NCBI GenBank assembly: GCA_030295235.1
Contig: AP026167.1
Location: 62,001 to 126,000, forward strand
DNA from: Fistulifera solaris
Lineage: Eukaryota
Length of the DNA: 64,000 nt
Direction: 5' to 3'
The notes under the pieces were generated by a model that saw only the letters and a program-made list of their open reading frames with translations, made no database searches and had not been told where the DNA came from. Below are positions 50,863-63,272 of the stretch, piece after piece. The number at the start of each line of letters is the position of its first letter. The first letter of the stretch is position 1. Made by a program: the position numbers and the translations under genes.

Positions 50863-53057
50863 GATGATCGGGCGGCGTTGCGTACGACATTAAAGATCGT
50901 TCCTACACAACAACAACAGCAAGCCAATAATACTGTGACTTCCTTGCAACTAGCGAATGTTATGGATACGAAGGGAGACGAATTGTTGTCGTTATTGCAA
51001 CAAGACAGTACCGACGACTATTTTGATTCGCTCACGGTGGTATACGCGACGGCGGTGACGACCGCCTCTACTCCTACCACGGCACCTTCCCCATCACAAG
51101 ACACAACGTGCAATGGATTGTCGAATTTGTGTGATATTCCCGTGTCAGAAATCTTGTTTGCCACGATGCACAATGCGCATGCGGATCGTTCGGTATCACC
51201 CCTATTGCCCAATCAGAACCAAAATTGGAAAGCCGGTTTGGAAGCCGGTATTCGGGGACTCAATATGGATTTGGGATTTTGTTCGACCCCCAACGGCACC
51301 GTCTTGGCGTTTATGCATACAACGTGTGTCATTGGCTTTTCTGAAGCACAAGTTTTGTTGACCGAACTGCATCAGTGGTTGACGGAACATCCTCAGGAAG
51401 TGCTATTGATGCCGTTACAGATTGAAAATTCGGGTGCCCAACCCGTGCGGATCGTCGAAGACGTTGCGCCATTGTTCGAAAAACATTGTCGATAGTGCCG
51501 GCAAATCCATGACGGATCGCTTGTATGCTTACGATGAAGGAACGTGGCCGACGTTGCGAGAATTGATTGATACCGATCAACGGATTTTTGTTGTTTTTTT
51601 ACAACAGTGACGAAACTTGTACGTCAATTCAATGTCCTCGAGGATTTCATGATTGGTTTGCGTATGCGGCCGAAACAGAATTTGTGTTTGATTCCGTAGA
51701 AGCCATTCAACAAGATGCGGCTCGGGCGTGTGGGATTACACGAGGTGGAAGTGGGACACGGGATTTTTATGGCATTAATTTGTTTTTGGAAATTCCCAGT
51801 CCGGAAGCGTCGGCAGTACTGCATCAAGCCAATTTCTTGTCGTCGCATTTAGAGGAATGTTCGGAACAAAGTGGTTTGTCTCCCAATCTTGTCATTGTGG
51901 ATTTCTGGGATGAAGGGGATTTGATGCAAGTTGTCAATGATCGTAATGCTCAATTACGACCATCGTCTGCTGCTGAAGTCAATACGACGTCGTCCATGGT
52001 GAATACGAGTCGTCCAGCGGCTGCTCCGAGTAGCTCACCATCCGTATTGCAGACGACGGAAGCTCCCGTACCACCACCACCACGGGTCGAGTCGTTGTCA
52101 CCGAGCATTCGTAACGAAGTGGCGGCACCGACACTGGTTCCCGTCGCGCAGCCAATCGCGGTGTCATCTCCAATCAACAATTCGACACGCACTTGCAATG
52201 GGTTGTCGAATTTGTGCGCTATGCCGGTCAATGCCACTCTCTTTGCGACCATGCACAATGCTCACGCGGATCGTGAATCGAAATTCTTTATCCCGAATCA
52301 TGACTTGAATTTATTGGCGGGTCTGCAAGCCGGTATCCGGGGCTTGTCGATTGATATCGGTTTGTGTCAAGTGGACGGTGTCTTACGATTGTCCTTGGTG
52401 CACGGGGTGTGCTTCGTTGGGACATCGGATCCTTTTGTGGTGTTTGCTGGAATCAATAACTTCTTGCAACAAAATCCCAATGAAGTCATTATTATTCCCA
52501 CACAGATTGCGGATGATTTGGGAGGTACAGTTCAATTGACGGAGGTTTACTCGATTATGGAGCAAGTCGTCAATGATGCGGGTGTTTCCATGGCGGATCG
52601 ATTGTATGCTCATCCCGGGCCAACGACACCGTGGCCGACTTTGGGCGAGCTGATCGATCTGGACAAACGAATCCTTTTCTTCATTTACAATGGACAACAA
52701 ACATGCGAGAGTGGTTGCCCTGTTGGCTTTCACGATTGGTTTGCCTACGCCATGGAGACGAGGTTCGAATTCGATGATGCGGCGGCCATTCTTAGTAATC
52801 CGGAGGATGCTTGTGTAGTAACACGTGGTGGAACCTCCAGCACACGGAGCTTTTTTGGTGTCAATGTCTTTACGCGAGTCGCGAACAGCGAGGCTTCAAC
52901 AGAATTGAACGATGCTGCCTTTCTCCGGCAGCATATCAAAACATGTTCCATCGTGAACGGTGGGAAAGACCCAAATCTTATATTAGTCGATTTTTGGAAT
53001 GTAGGTGGTGTCATCCAAGTCGCGCAAGAGTACAACGCTCAACTTGGATCTGCATAA
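50458..53057 (+). CDS. Type II membrane protein with two tandem PI-PLC X / PLC-like phosphodiesterase domains
   Basis: N-terminal TM, poly-Q, and two copies of TCNGLSNLC..FATMHNAH..L.AGIRGL..D..WPTL.ELID...PNL..VDFW; frameshifts near 51480 and 51595. Confidence 0.88.
50820..50862. repeat. (CAA)n trinucleotide repeat (poly-Gln)
   Basis: About 14 CAA units, in frame. Confidence 0.95.
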
Positions 53058-53282
53058 AGGTAGAGAAGAAGTGAAAATAGAAGGTTGGTAAACAACGCGG
53101 TCATTCTAAAAGAATTATTCTCTCTTTAATAAAACGACTAAGTATATTTCAAACAGAATTTGCATATATAAATATCATGTCTATAAAAGGCGATACCGCT
53201 GTTACAATGCATTTTTGTGTGACAGTGAAGGTTTCCTGCAACAAAAATATTGACTCACATTTCAAGAATCCTGAGGCTGCGC

Positions 53283-54906
53283 TTATATGCGTGCAGATCC
53301 TCCTTTTCCCCCAGCTTTGCCTCCCTTTCCGCTGGACTTACTTGAATGATGGACATGCCCTTTACCACTTGAGCCCCCCTTTCCGGTGGAGCCCCCTTTT
53401 CCGCTGGAGCTCCCCTTTCCACCGGAGCCTCCTTTGCCACCGGATCCTCCTTTACCACCGGAGCCTCCTTTGCCACCGGAACCACCTTTACCACCGGAGC
53501 CTCCTTTGCCACCGGAACCACCTTTACCACCGGAGCCTCCTTTGCCACCGGAACCTCCTTTACCACCAGAACCTTCTTTTCCGCTTGAACCACCCTTTCC
53601 TTTTCCGCTTGAGCCTCCACTAGAGCCTCCTTTTCCGCTTGAACCACCCTTTCCTTTTCCAGACTTGCTCTTCGAGATCTTGGACATTTTACCGCTGTAT
53701 TGTCTGCTCTTCTTCTTGGTCTGACTTGTACTTCCACGGCCTTCCAAGGCGCCACTATCGTAGCTGTCATCCTCCGTGTCAACGACGTTGTTGGTATTCC
53801 CACGTTTTCCAGAAACAGGAGGAACAGGCGAACCGGGCATGGCAGCAGTGGGTGACTTTGTAGGTAAGACCACGGGGCTCGCGATGGGTGGCGAGACTGG
53901 GCTCGCAATTGGTGGGGACACGGGGCTGGCAATCGGTGGGGACACGGGGCTCGCAACTGGCGGATCTACAGGTACAATGTCAGGAACTGGAGGAGCTACT
54001 GGACTTCTTGTCGGAACAGGCACAGGAGCTGTTGGAACAGGCATCGGAGCCGTGGGTGTCGGAGCAGGGGCTACCGGAGTTGGTAGGGGGGCTACAGGGG
54101 TAGCAACTGGGGCATCCGTTCGTGGAACAACAGGGGCGTCCGTCGGGGTAGCGACAGGAGCGACCGGGCTACCTGTTGGAGCGCTGGTTCTCAAAACGGT
54201 TGGAGCCATTGTTTCATTAGCTAGGATAGGACTAGCAGTAGGGAATTCGGTAGGAGGGGCAATGGGACACACAGCAAGAGGAGGATCCCCTAGGTCAGTC
54301 TATTGGAAGAAGAGATGAAGTGAGATTTTCTGTCTGAAGTAGCAACAATCCTGAGTGTCAAGAGGAAAGACTTACAAAAATGGTCCAGCCAATCGTCTGA
54401 CCTTCTGTCAAAAGAGGAAAGATACCACAGTCGTTATCGTAAAGAATACCCCAAGTGTTGATGATCGGTTGACCCTCGGCGTTGTTACCAACAATGGATA
54501 CTTGGAATCCTCGCGGCAATGTAACAGGGTTGATGAATTCAGGAGTCGAACGAACAATCGATGTGTACGTGACGACGTCTCCATCGAAGTAAGGCCCCTC
54601 ATTGTAGATGACGATACCAACGACGTCTTGAAACTGATCCAATTCCAAGATTTGGATCTCGGAAACAGTCACCGGCACAAGATCAGTTACGTTCACAGTG
54701 TCTGGGAGACGAGTGGCGATTAAACAGTCCTGATCAAAGATGCCTTCTCCTCCTACCGTTGTATCGTTACACACAAGTCCGAAGTCGAGAGTGAGTTCAT
54801 AGGTTGAAGGCTGGCAAGCGCAGAGATCTGTTCCGACTGCCTGACCCATGCTTGGTCGAGCCCATAAAGCGGCTGCCACTAGTAGCTGTAATTTTGATCT
54901 CATCAT
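53283..54906 (-). CDS. Secreted protein: Cys-containing globular domain, P/T-rich stalk, Gly/Lys/Ser repeat tail (silaffin/cingulin-like)
   Basis: Exon 1 54376-54906, intron 54300-54375 (GTAAG...TAG), exon 2 TDLGDPPLAVCP...; (GGKGGS)n tail. Confidence 0.88.
53375..53660. repeat. 18-bp coding tandem repeat (GGKGGS)n
   Basis: Repeated CCACCGGAGCCTCCTTT(G/A)-type units. Confidence 0.9.
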
Positions 54907-55666
54907 GAAAAACTCCCGTCTCAAGTTAAAAGATCAAATAAATTATGTTGCCGAGAGGTGAATGCTGAAGCAGATTTGTGTTGTATTGTCACTTGCTTGA
55001 TAGAATGAAACAGGACGAAGTTGTTTTGGGGACTTTCAAACCAGATGCTTTCAAAAAGTGGCGAGAAAATAATGCGGTCGACAAGAATCAATCCTATAAC
55101 AGCTACATGAAAGATTACAGTCAGGAGGTTCTATCCTCGTAAAAGTTCACGTGATGCATAATCGGATTGCGCTACGACGCGACCACTTTAAGAAAATTTT
55201 GTTATGATAGAAAAATTGTAGTTAAATCTTAGACTTGTAAAGTAGGAATCTTTGGCTTGACTCACCAAAAGAATTCAAATCTTATAAAGTACACTATCAT
55301 GGACTGTTACTAACAAAAAATTTGGCAAGCATCATGTCCGCCGAGAAGAACGCTAACCTCAATCGGCCCATACCTGGTAGTCCTTGCACTAGCTACAAAA
55401 GCCTGGAGTTGAGTCAAGTGTTAAACCCTTCACAGCTAAGTCAATGTTGTGGAGAATACGCATTAAATGCCATGCATTACTACACGTCAGCAAATCGTGA
55501 TCAAATCACATAATTATAACAATCACCAAATGCCATTAGACTTTAAATCACAGTCTTTATCAGTAAAGCTTTCTGGAAAGCTTTTGACAATAAGACAACG
55601 AAGGTCGCCAAGAGATATACAGGGTTGCCAAAAGGCTGTGGTAATCAAACTGGTCGCCACAACGAC

Positions 55667-57297
55667 TTATGGGAGAGGCTCCGGACACCCACTGGGGTAT
55701 GCATAAGGGGCGTGAGGACCGACATGTAATTGTCTGTGAGCAGACCCTTCGTAATCAGAACCTCGTCGCTTTCCGTTTGCGGCTTTGCTATCATGTTTCG
55801 AATCCTTCTTAGACGCCTTGTTCGATCCTTTTCTTGACAAGGGGAGACGATTTCCTGGTCTTCTCCTTCTTCGATTCCTATTACGAGATGGCGATGCACG
55901 GTCGTCCCGCTTTCTTCGTCGTCGTCTTCTTCGTTTCTCAGTGACATCAGAGGATTGCTTATTTCTCTTGCGTTTCATGGGAGCATCCGCAGAGTCTTCC
56001 GGCTTGCTTCGTCGGCGTGACATGGACCGATTAGGCGCTCGCTTCCCTCCTACAGGAGACGACACGTTGGCATGGTTCGATTGCCGCTTTCCACTGATTT
56101 CACACGATGGAGCAGCTGTCTTCTCCACACTTGGGCTCTTTGTTGGCACCGGGACAGGCACGGCAGTCACATTGGGAGTCATGGATGGAAGATCGGAAAC
56201 AAGAGTTGGTGCACTTGTGGGCACGGATGCCGCCACCGGAGCAGACGTTGTTCCGGCAACGGGAGTTTGCGTGGAGTCCACTGGTGCAGCGTTGGGCATT
56301 AGAACCGGAGCCGGTGTCCTCACGGCTACTGGACTGGCGGTAGTTGTAGTCGGAGCAGGTGTTGCCGCTGCCATAGGACTCGTAGTAGTCGTGACAGGCG
56401 CAGGTGTCCTTTCGGCCACTGGACTGGCGGTAGTCGTAGCAGGAGCTGGTGTTGCCGCTGCAATCGGACTCATAGTAGTATTTCCCGGTGCTCCAGTGGC
56501 CAGTGGCGACGCCACAGGAGCCAACGTTGCGACGGGGCTCAAAGATGGCCCCTCTGGTACAAGAGCAGGCGCTCCAACGGGAGCCTCCGTTCTTGCTACC
56601 GTTGGAACGATGGTAGTGACCTCGCTGGGCATCGAACTAACCAACGGACACAAGAGCGGCTCCACCGGAGGATCCTGTACTTCCTTCTGAAACAAACAAA
56701 AATAATGGAAAATGAGGTGCTTTGTGACCAGCAATAAATACATGTTTGCGATTCAATTTTACTTACAAATACCGTCCAACCAATTCTCTGACCAGTGGTG
56801 ATTACGGGATGCACCGCACAATCGTTCGTGAATTCAATGGCCCACGTATTAATGATGGGTTCTCCCGCCGCATTCTGTCCCGTCGCAAAGACCGACAAGG
56901 CACTGGGCAAGCTCACGACGTCAATTGCATTACTTAGCAGCAGAAAGGACGTATAATTCAAAACCTCACCATCCACATAACCATCCGCAAAGAGATTTTG
57001 TTGCACAATGTTTCCTTCTTGATCCGTCTCAAAGAATTGTATTTCATTGATCATGGTGGGCACAAAGTCCGTTAGATTCGCGTCTGTTGATTTATCGACT
57101 AGACAAGTCGTATCTTCAATGCCAGGAAGACCCGCCGCTATGGTCGCATCACTGCAAGTTAAATTGAATTGTAGACGAACGGAATATACGGCGGGCTGAC
57201 AAGCACAAAGATCAACCCCAATCTGTTGGGCTGTAATGACTGTAAGCAACCAAACAGCGCTGACAACGAGTCTAGCCAAGAATTCTTTTCGATTCAT
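55667..57297 (-). CDS. Paralog of 53283-54906 with P/T-rich stalk and Arg-rich tail
   Basis: Exon 1 56767-57297 (DLCACQP...GWTVF), intron 56687-56766 at the same position as in the paralog, exon 2 KEVQDPP...KRRRRRRRKR... Confidence 0.88.
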
Positions 57298-58025
57298 GCT
57301 GTGGTTTGTTTGCGTACGGTAAAAATCTCAATTGCGTTCCTTTTGGTTGGTAAGGTGCAAAGCGAGAAGGTATAGCAAGAAAGCAGATACAAAATGGCTG
57401 GGAAATAAAGGTAAATACACACCCCGTCCCAGATACTTCTAAGGCTGTTGTGTGGCTTGTATCCAAAAGGTTAGTAAAAGTCTTTTTTTTTCCAGAGAAA
57501 TGAGGGGTAGGACTTTTGGCACCCCTCTCTCTCTCTCCTTCGAATGGACGGGGTGCACGAAAATAAATGGCAAATCGATTATACATACGGACTTTGGTTC
57601 GGCAAAGCGTTGGTGGAGTTTACTCTTGGTTCACGGTAGACCGCGACGCTGTGTCCGTTGACGTAGGTGAAATTTTGGTGAGTGTGAATGATACTTAACA
57701 ATGTGACATGCGTCCTGTAGGTAAATACAGAACACGAAATAACGCTCGTTCACTAAGTATTCCAATATTTAAAGGAGCCGAATTCGATCGTGACCACTAT
57801 AATATTGATACTCATTGAGTCTCGAGTTTTCGTGATTGTGAAACGATGTTGTGATGATGATGATGATGATGATGCTTCGTTCCTCCTTCTCTCTTGTTGT
57901 TACCAGGTATTGTTGACTTGAATCATCAAGCGTATCGTTGAACATTTTGATACTTGCCGAGTCAGTCATGAGAGCTGATATTAATTTGATCTAAAAACGA
58001 AGTAAAAGCCGAGGATCCAGCGAAG

Positions 58026-60134
58026 ATGATTCTTTACAGGATGAGTGGTTCATGGACGCATCGCGTCGCAATGATATACAGTGTCGGCTGTATTGTGCTG
58101 GGACGGTTTTTGGCGTACAAGTATCTATATCATCACAAAGAATGTGATATGACATGGTCACAACGTCGATTCTTAGAATTGCCTCTTTCAACGAATGAAC
58201 AAACTCCCTATCGTTTGTTCAAATTCACCGATGCCCGTGATCTTCGATACCGTCAATTCTTTGCGCACAACAACGATAAAGTAAAGAATTTACAAGACAA
58301 TTCGTGGTGTAACAGTCACAATCATTCGGTTCCTATCTTGTTTGTGCCAGGCCACGCGGGAGATTATCAACAAGCCCGAAGTTTGGGAGCTCACGCTGTA
58401 CACATGACGGGACGGTCCATGACCTCGAACGAATTACAACAAGCTTTGCAACTGTTGCATTATTCGCAAGAAACTGTATTGGATATATATACCGTGGATT
58501 TCAACGAAGAGTGGAGCGCTTTACACGGATTTTATATCACACGACAAGTTCGATTTGTCGAACAAGCCATTCTCCGATTAATCAATGCGTGCGAACACTA
58601 CGAATCCATCCTGTTGGTCGGACACAGTATCGGAGGATTGGTCAGCTTGGCAGCTGCCAAAGCACAACCCACTTTGGTGAATACTATTGTTACGTTGGCG
58701 ACACCGCACCAGAAACTGGTCACGTATGAGCCTCAATTGTGGCAATGGCACAAGAGTTTAGGACAACCGTTGGGGCCCGTTGATTTCGTCTTGCTTTCCG
58801 TGTCGGGTGGATTGCGCGATGAATTAGTATCGCCCGAGACTACACAGCATCGTTTTATGAATACGTTTTATGGATTCTCGTTAATGGGACCCGATTTCAT
58901 GGAATTGGCACACGATGAAGGCACGATCACAACACCGTATCTTGGAATGGATCATCGAGCCATTGTATGGTGTCACAATTTGTTGGCGCCATTGCGGAAC
59001 ATGCTCGTGATATTGGGACAAGGCCGACGACAAAAACGACGGGCTCGGGAGATTTTACAAACCGTTTTAACAACGGTGCCGAAACATGCACTTGAATTCA
59101 AAGTTTCCATGCATCGTCAATATCACCATCTTCAAGTAAGTCGGGACGCGTTTGTCGTAGAATTCTGCTGATTTCAGCTTTGTTTAACTCTTCTGTGAAT
59201 TTCTTCACGAAAGAACGATTTTGGATTCATTGGGGCAACGGTGATTGAATTGAGCGCACTGGGGAACATTGACTTGTTGGTTTTCTTTTTTGTTTTTCTT
59301 GGAACGATTAAAATACAAGAGTCATCTCGGGGACGAAAGACTTCCGAATGGACGACTACCACTGTGTTGTTGGTGATCTATGTTGTGTATGCGTATTTGC
59401 GTGGAATATTTCATTCGCTTCGAGCCCCCAATCTACATAGCATTCTGGTTGCAGCGCTATCTGCACAGGCTCTTTATCTGTTCTTTAGGTTTATCTTGAT
59501 AGCATTCATTTGTGGTCGAGCTTTTCGGCGAGCAAGTCGACTTTCTTGCCACGTTGCGGCTATTGGAATTGCTGCTTCTATATCCGTCTTGTCAAGCCGA
59601 TTGCTTAAAGTACCACAGGAGACCCCGAATGCATTTGGACTTGGTGTCTTTCTGGTCTCCGCAACAGCTACTCTTGGATTGACGCATCTTTCTTCTATTT
59701 CACCACACATGCAGTCTTTGCTGCTGCGCGAGGCGTCTTTTGCGGCATGGAGCATACCTGTCGTTCTCATTCTGACGTTTGCTGATCTGGTGGTACTGAT
59801 TCGGTATTCGGAATCATTGGGGGTCATTGGAAAGCTTTGCCCATTGGTCTGCGTCCGGTTCCTGGTCGGCGGATTTGCTGAATCTACCTTTAACGTTGAC
59901 GAATCGCTACCAGTGGGGATCATTTGCGCATCGACTTATTATTTCGTCTCTGGCAACATAGACGATGCTGCCCGAATTTATGGTCTTCATCCTGTCGGAT
60001 TGTTTGTGAATCTCTTGATCGTAGCAGACATTTTGCGGGTGTTGCTGACTTTTGGGTTTCGTCGGCCACTAATGATAAGCGAAACAAAGATGGTAAACGA
60101 CCAACAATTAAATGAGCATACAAAGAAAAGCTAG
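58026..60134 (+). CDS. PGAP1: PGAP1/Bst1-like GPI inositol-deacylase
   Basis: VPILFVPGHAGDYQQARSL, TVDFNEE, GHSIGG, TLATPH, SGGLRDELV and DHRAIVWCH; probable intron from ~59136 (GTAAGT); multi-TM C-terminal ORF 59241-60134. Confidence 0.9.
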
Positions 60135-60561
60135 GCCCGACCACGCGTGAATGCCATTCAGAATGGCTTTCTTCAAGAAGGGGCTCAGGTCGACCCGAGT
60201 AACAGGAAGAAGCTTCACTTAATGGACACCAATGCTTTCCCCAACAGCGTCTAGCTCGCCTAGAGCATGCACTTAGCTGTAGGAAATCGTGCTTTTAATT
60301 TTTAAAGGAAAGACGAGCCAAAACTGCTCATAATTAAACGCTGTCAAGGATACGATGCATTCATAGGTCTGTTGCGATGGCGCACTTGAAATCGGACTTT
60401 GATCAATAGTAAGTGTTTGATAACTAAGTAAGTTGTCTCATTATTTAGTCTATTTATTTGTATGGTATTGTTAATTGCGTGTCAATGAATGAGTCTGGCG
60501 CACGTTGAATGGTGTCTTTGATGCCTTATAAATTACGAATTTATTCAGCAACTTTAGCGCG

Positions 60562-60804
60562 CTACAGATCGTATGCTTGTACAGTTCTTCTTCCATTGGC
60601 CTCTGCTCGCCGTATAGCGGCTTCGATAAGCTCATGAAAAACGATATTGAGCTCCTCAACAAAGTTGGACGCCGTTCGATGACCAGCATCCTTGAGAATT
60701 CGCCTCACCTGCGTACCGATAACAAGCTGGTCATCTTCGCCTGCATTAGCAAACGTGATAAAAATAGTAAAAACGAATGCCAAAATCTTTTTAAAGATTG
60801 GCAT
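60562..60804 (-). CDS. Prokaryote-type (alpha3-truncated) histone-fold protein with N-terminal signal peptide
   Basis: MPIFKKILAFVFTIFITFANA then LVIGTQVRRILKDAGHRTASNFVEELN...IEAAIRRAEANGRRTVQAYDL*, with the RxTxxxxD R-D clamp at the extreme C-terminus. Confidence 0.88.
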   Translation of the reverse strand: MPIFKKILAFVFTIFITFANAGEDDQLVIGTQVRRILKDAGHRTASNFVEELNIVFHELIEAAIRRAEANGRRTVQAYDL

Positions 60805-61264
60805 GGAGTCAAGTGTGTGTTATTGAGAAACGGGTGTCTTGCGAAAATAATGAAAGCAAAAAGTGAGATGTCTGCGTCGAGCTATGAATCTCGAGGTTTG
60901 CCTTGCATGCGAGCCGAGCATATTGATGCCCGTAGTTAAAATATGCGATATGCGATGTCGTAGTTTATAATTTCTTAGAAGTTCACTCAGAAGTCTTCGA
61001 CAAATAAACTCTATACATTATGTCTTGCATAGACTTTCGCGCCAGCCTTGCTCTCGGACTCTCGGACTGGATGACGAAAAACTCGCCTCATTTCTTTACG
61101 TGATTCATTCCTGGCGAACAGGTCGATAGTAAATCTGTACATGACGTGTGACCTGGTCAGACTTTGAAGAAGACAGACTATAGGTTTTTATTGTACTGAA
61201 CTGCCCCACCGATTTCGATTTTTGTTGCTTTCTCGAAGCGCGTGCGGGTGGCGTTCTCCATCAC

Positions 61265-61534
61265 TATAGTTCGACAAATATCGATATTTCGATTTTTACG
61301 AATATCAATATCGTATTATACGATATAATAACCGATATTAATATCGGCGACCGTCTGTCTTCGCCCGCAAAATACAGCCATTTTAGCGTAAAATGCCACA
61401 AATCCGTCTGTCAGGCGTACAAATATCGACAAATATCGATATTGGGAAAAATGGCTTTGATATTTGTATAATACGTTATTATAACGTGAATATCGGTATT
61501 CGTTATTTGTTATTTTAGAGCGTGTCGAACTATA
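61265..61534. mobile_element. Non-autonomous hAT-like MITE, family 1, copy 2
   Basis: Same TIR TATAGTTCGACA; perfect 8-bp TSD TCCATCAC (61257-61264 and 61535-61542). Confidence 0.93.
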
Positions 61535-61857
61535 TCCATCACTCATCATGTCAACAATCATCGAATCACCCAACTTTCCGCCGAAGGAATCACCACAACC
61601 TCCTTGAAAAGACCTTGCCAGCTTTGACACCATCCCTTTGACACTGACAAGCATCTGATTACATTCAATACGGAGCGATCTCTCACTGACCAGTAAAGTA
61701 CTTACTCATTGACGAATGCTGAGGAAGAAAGACTGTGAATTACATATTTAGCCGATTCGTTCTATTTCGACAAGAAGATTCGATTTGACTATTCTAACCC
61801 AGCACGGAATTCTTTATTGTCGCGCCGACTGACTGTACGCTTTCTCATCGATTTGCG

Positions 61858-63272
61858 ATGAAATCAACTTACCATGGCTCGCTACACTGTTTTTGCCTTC
61901 TCCTTCTCGTCACACCTAGCACGCGCTCGTTTACTCCATTCTCTCAACAAGCAAATGCTCGCAAAGTATGGACATCTCATCAAGCTGTGGATGTAGCTGC
62001 GGCAAGCTTGGTAGCCGGAAGCTTGGCTGGAGCTATTGGTGTTGGGGTGGCGCATCCCTTGGATACATTGAACATCAAAACACAAGTACTTCAGGCAGCA
62101 ACGTCACTGGAAAAACTGAATGCTAAGCGGAAAAACACAATAGCAGTCTTTGATGATCAGCAGGAAAGCAATACGTACTCCCATTCACAGCTAACCGGCA
62201 GCAAAACAGTCAATTCCTCGGTAGCAATCGACCCCGTCCGTCTCAGCTCTTCGGCAGTATTACAGGCAACTGTATTGCCATCTTTCTCGCAAAAGGTGCA
62301 ACGTCAAATGAATTTCTCTGAACAAACAGAAGTAGCCTTTGTTCAACATCGAGTCCTCCACAGAGGCGAAGATGATGGCGAAGGACTTTCTTTCGAGAAA
62401 GTGGATACATGGCAGGTCATGCGACACGTGTACGAAACCGAGGGTGTTGCAGGATTTTTGGGTGGTATTCGCATCATGATGATGGGACAGGGTTTAGTGA
62501 AAGCGTGTTCTTTTACAGTCAATGCTGTCGTTTTGAATTGGGAAGTGGCGCATGCTTCTTCACAAACGGATTCGCCCACGACTGCCATGTTTCTGATTGC
62601 CGCTGCCACGGCTGGTTTTGTGTCGTCCTTTATTGTGAACCCGGTGGAACGTGTCAAAGTTCTGTTGCAAGCGGCATCCTCATCCAAGGCAGAGTCGGAG
62701 CTCGAATGCGTACGCAGCGTACTAAAATCCGAAGGATGGACGGGCTTTCTGGGTCGCGGCTTGGGCACTACCATGCTCCGTGAAGTTCCCTCGGATGCTA
62801 TTTATTTTTCTGTGTATGGATTACTGATGCAAGCAGTCGGTGGTGGCATCGGAGGATCAGACGAAACTATGATGCTGGCTCCGTGGTTAGCCTCGCTTCT
62901 CTTTGGTGCCGCCTCTGGAGTTGCGTCTTGGATTCCCGTGTACCCAGGTACGTTTTGCTGCTTTTGTACCCTGCATAGCAGATTGTCCACCGAACGAACT
63001 AACGACAAGAAATAGTCGATTTAGTAAAAACTCTAGTTCAGAATACGAACGGCAATAGCGTGGATGAAGCAGGCTCCTCAACTGTGGCACGAGACACTTG
63101 GCAAGTGGTGCAAGACCTGTACGCTGCGGGAGGAGTTGGAGCGTTTTACAATGGAATCACTCCCAAACTGCTCCGCGCTGCTGTATTTCATGCCGTCACA
63201 TTCTGGGTGTATGATACCATATTCCCGAGCATAGAATCTACAATGTCATTTTTTCATGTATCCGCATCCTAA
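61858..63272 (+). CDS. Mitochondrial carrier (SLC25) family protein with plastid-type presequence
   Basis: Three signature motifs PLDTLNIK, PVERVK and PVDLVK (the last restored by intron 62948-63015); N-terminus ...LLLLVTPSTRS-FTP. Confidence 0.92.

Noticed and set aside
53255..56690. Alternative-frame and antisense ORFs (53255-53956, 53386-53724, 53776-54318, 55785-56690)
   Set aside because: By-products of low-complexity coding repeats; the spliced minus-strand genes explain the region.
60562..60804. Canonical eukaryotic H3/H4 gene or bacterial contamination
   Set aside because: It lacks tails and H3/H4 signature sequences, and it is embedded among intron-containing host genes and a host MITE.
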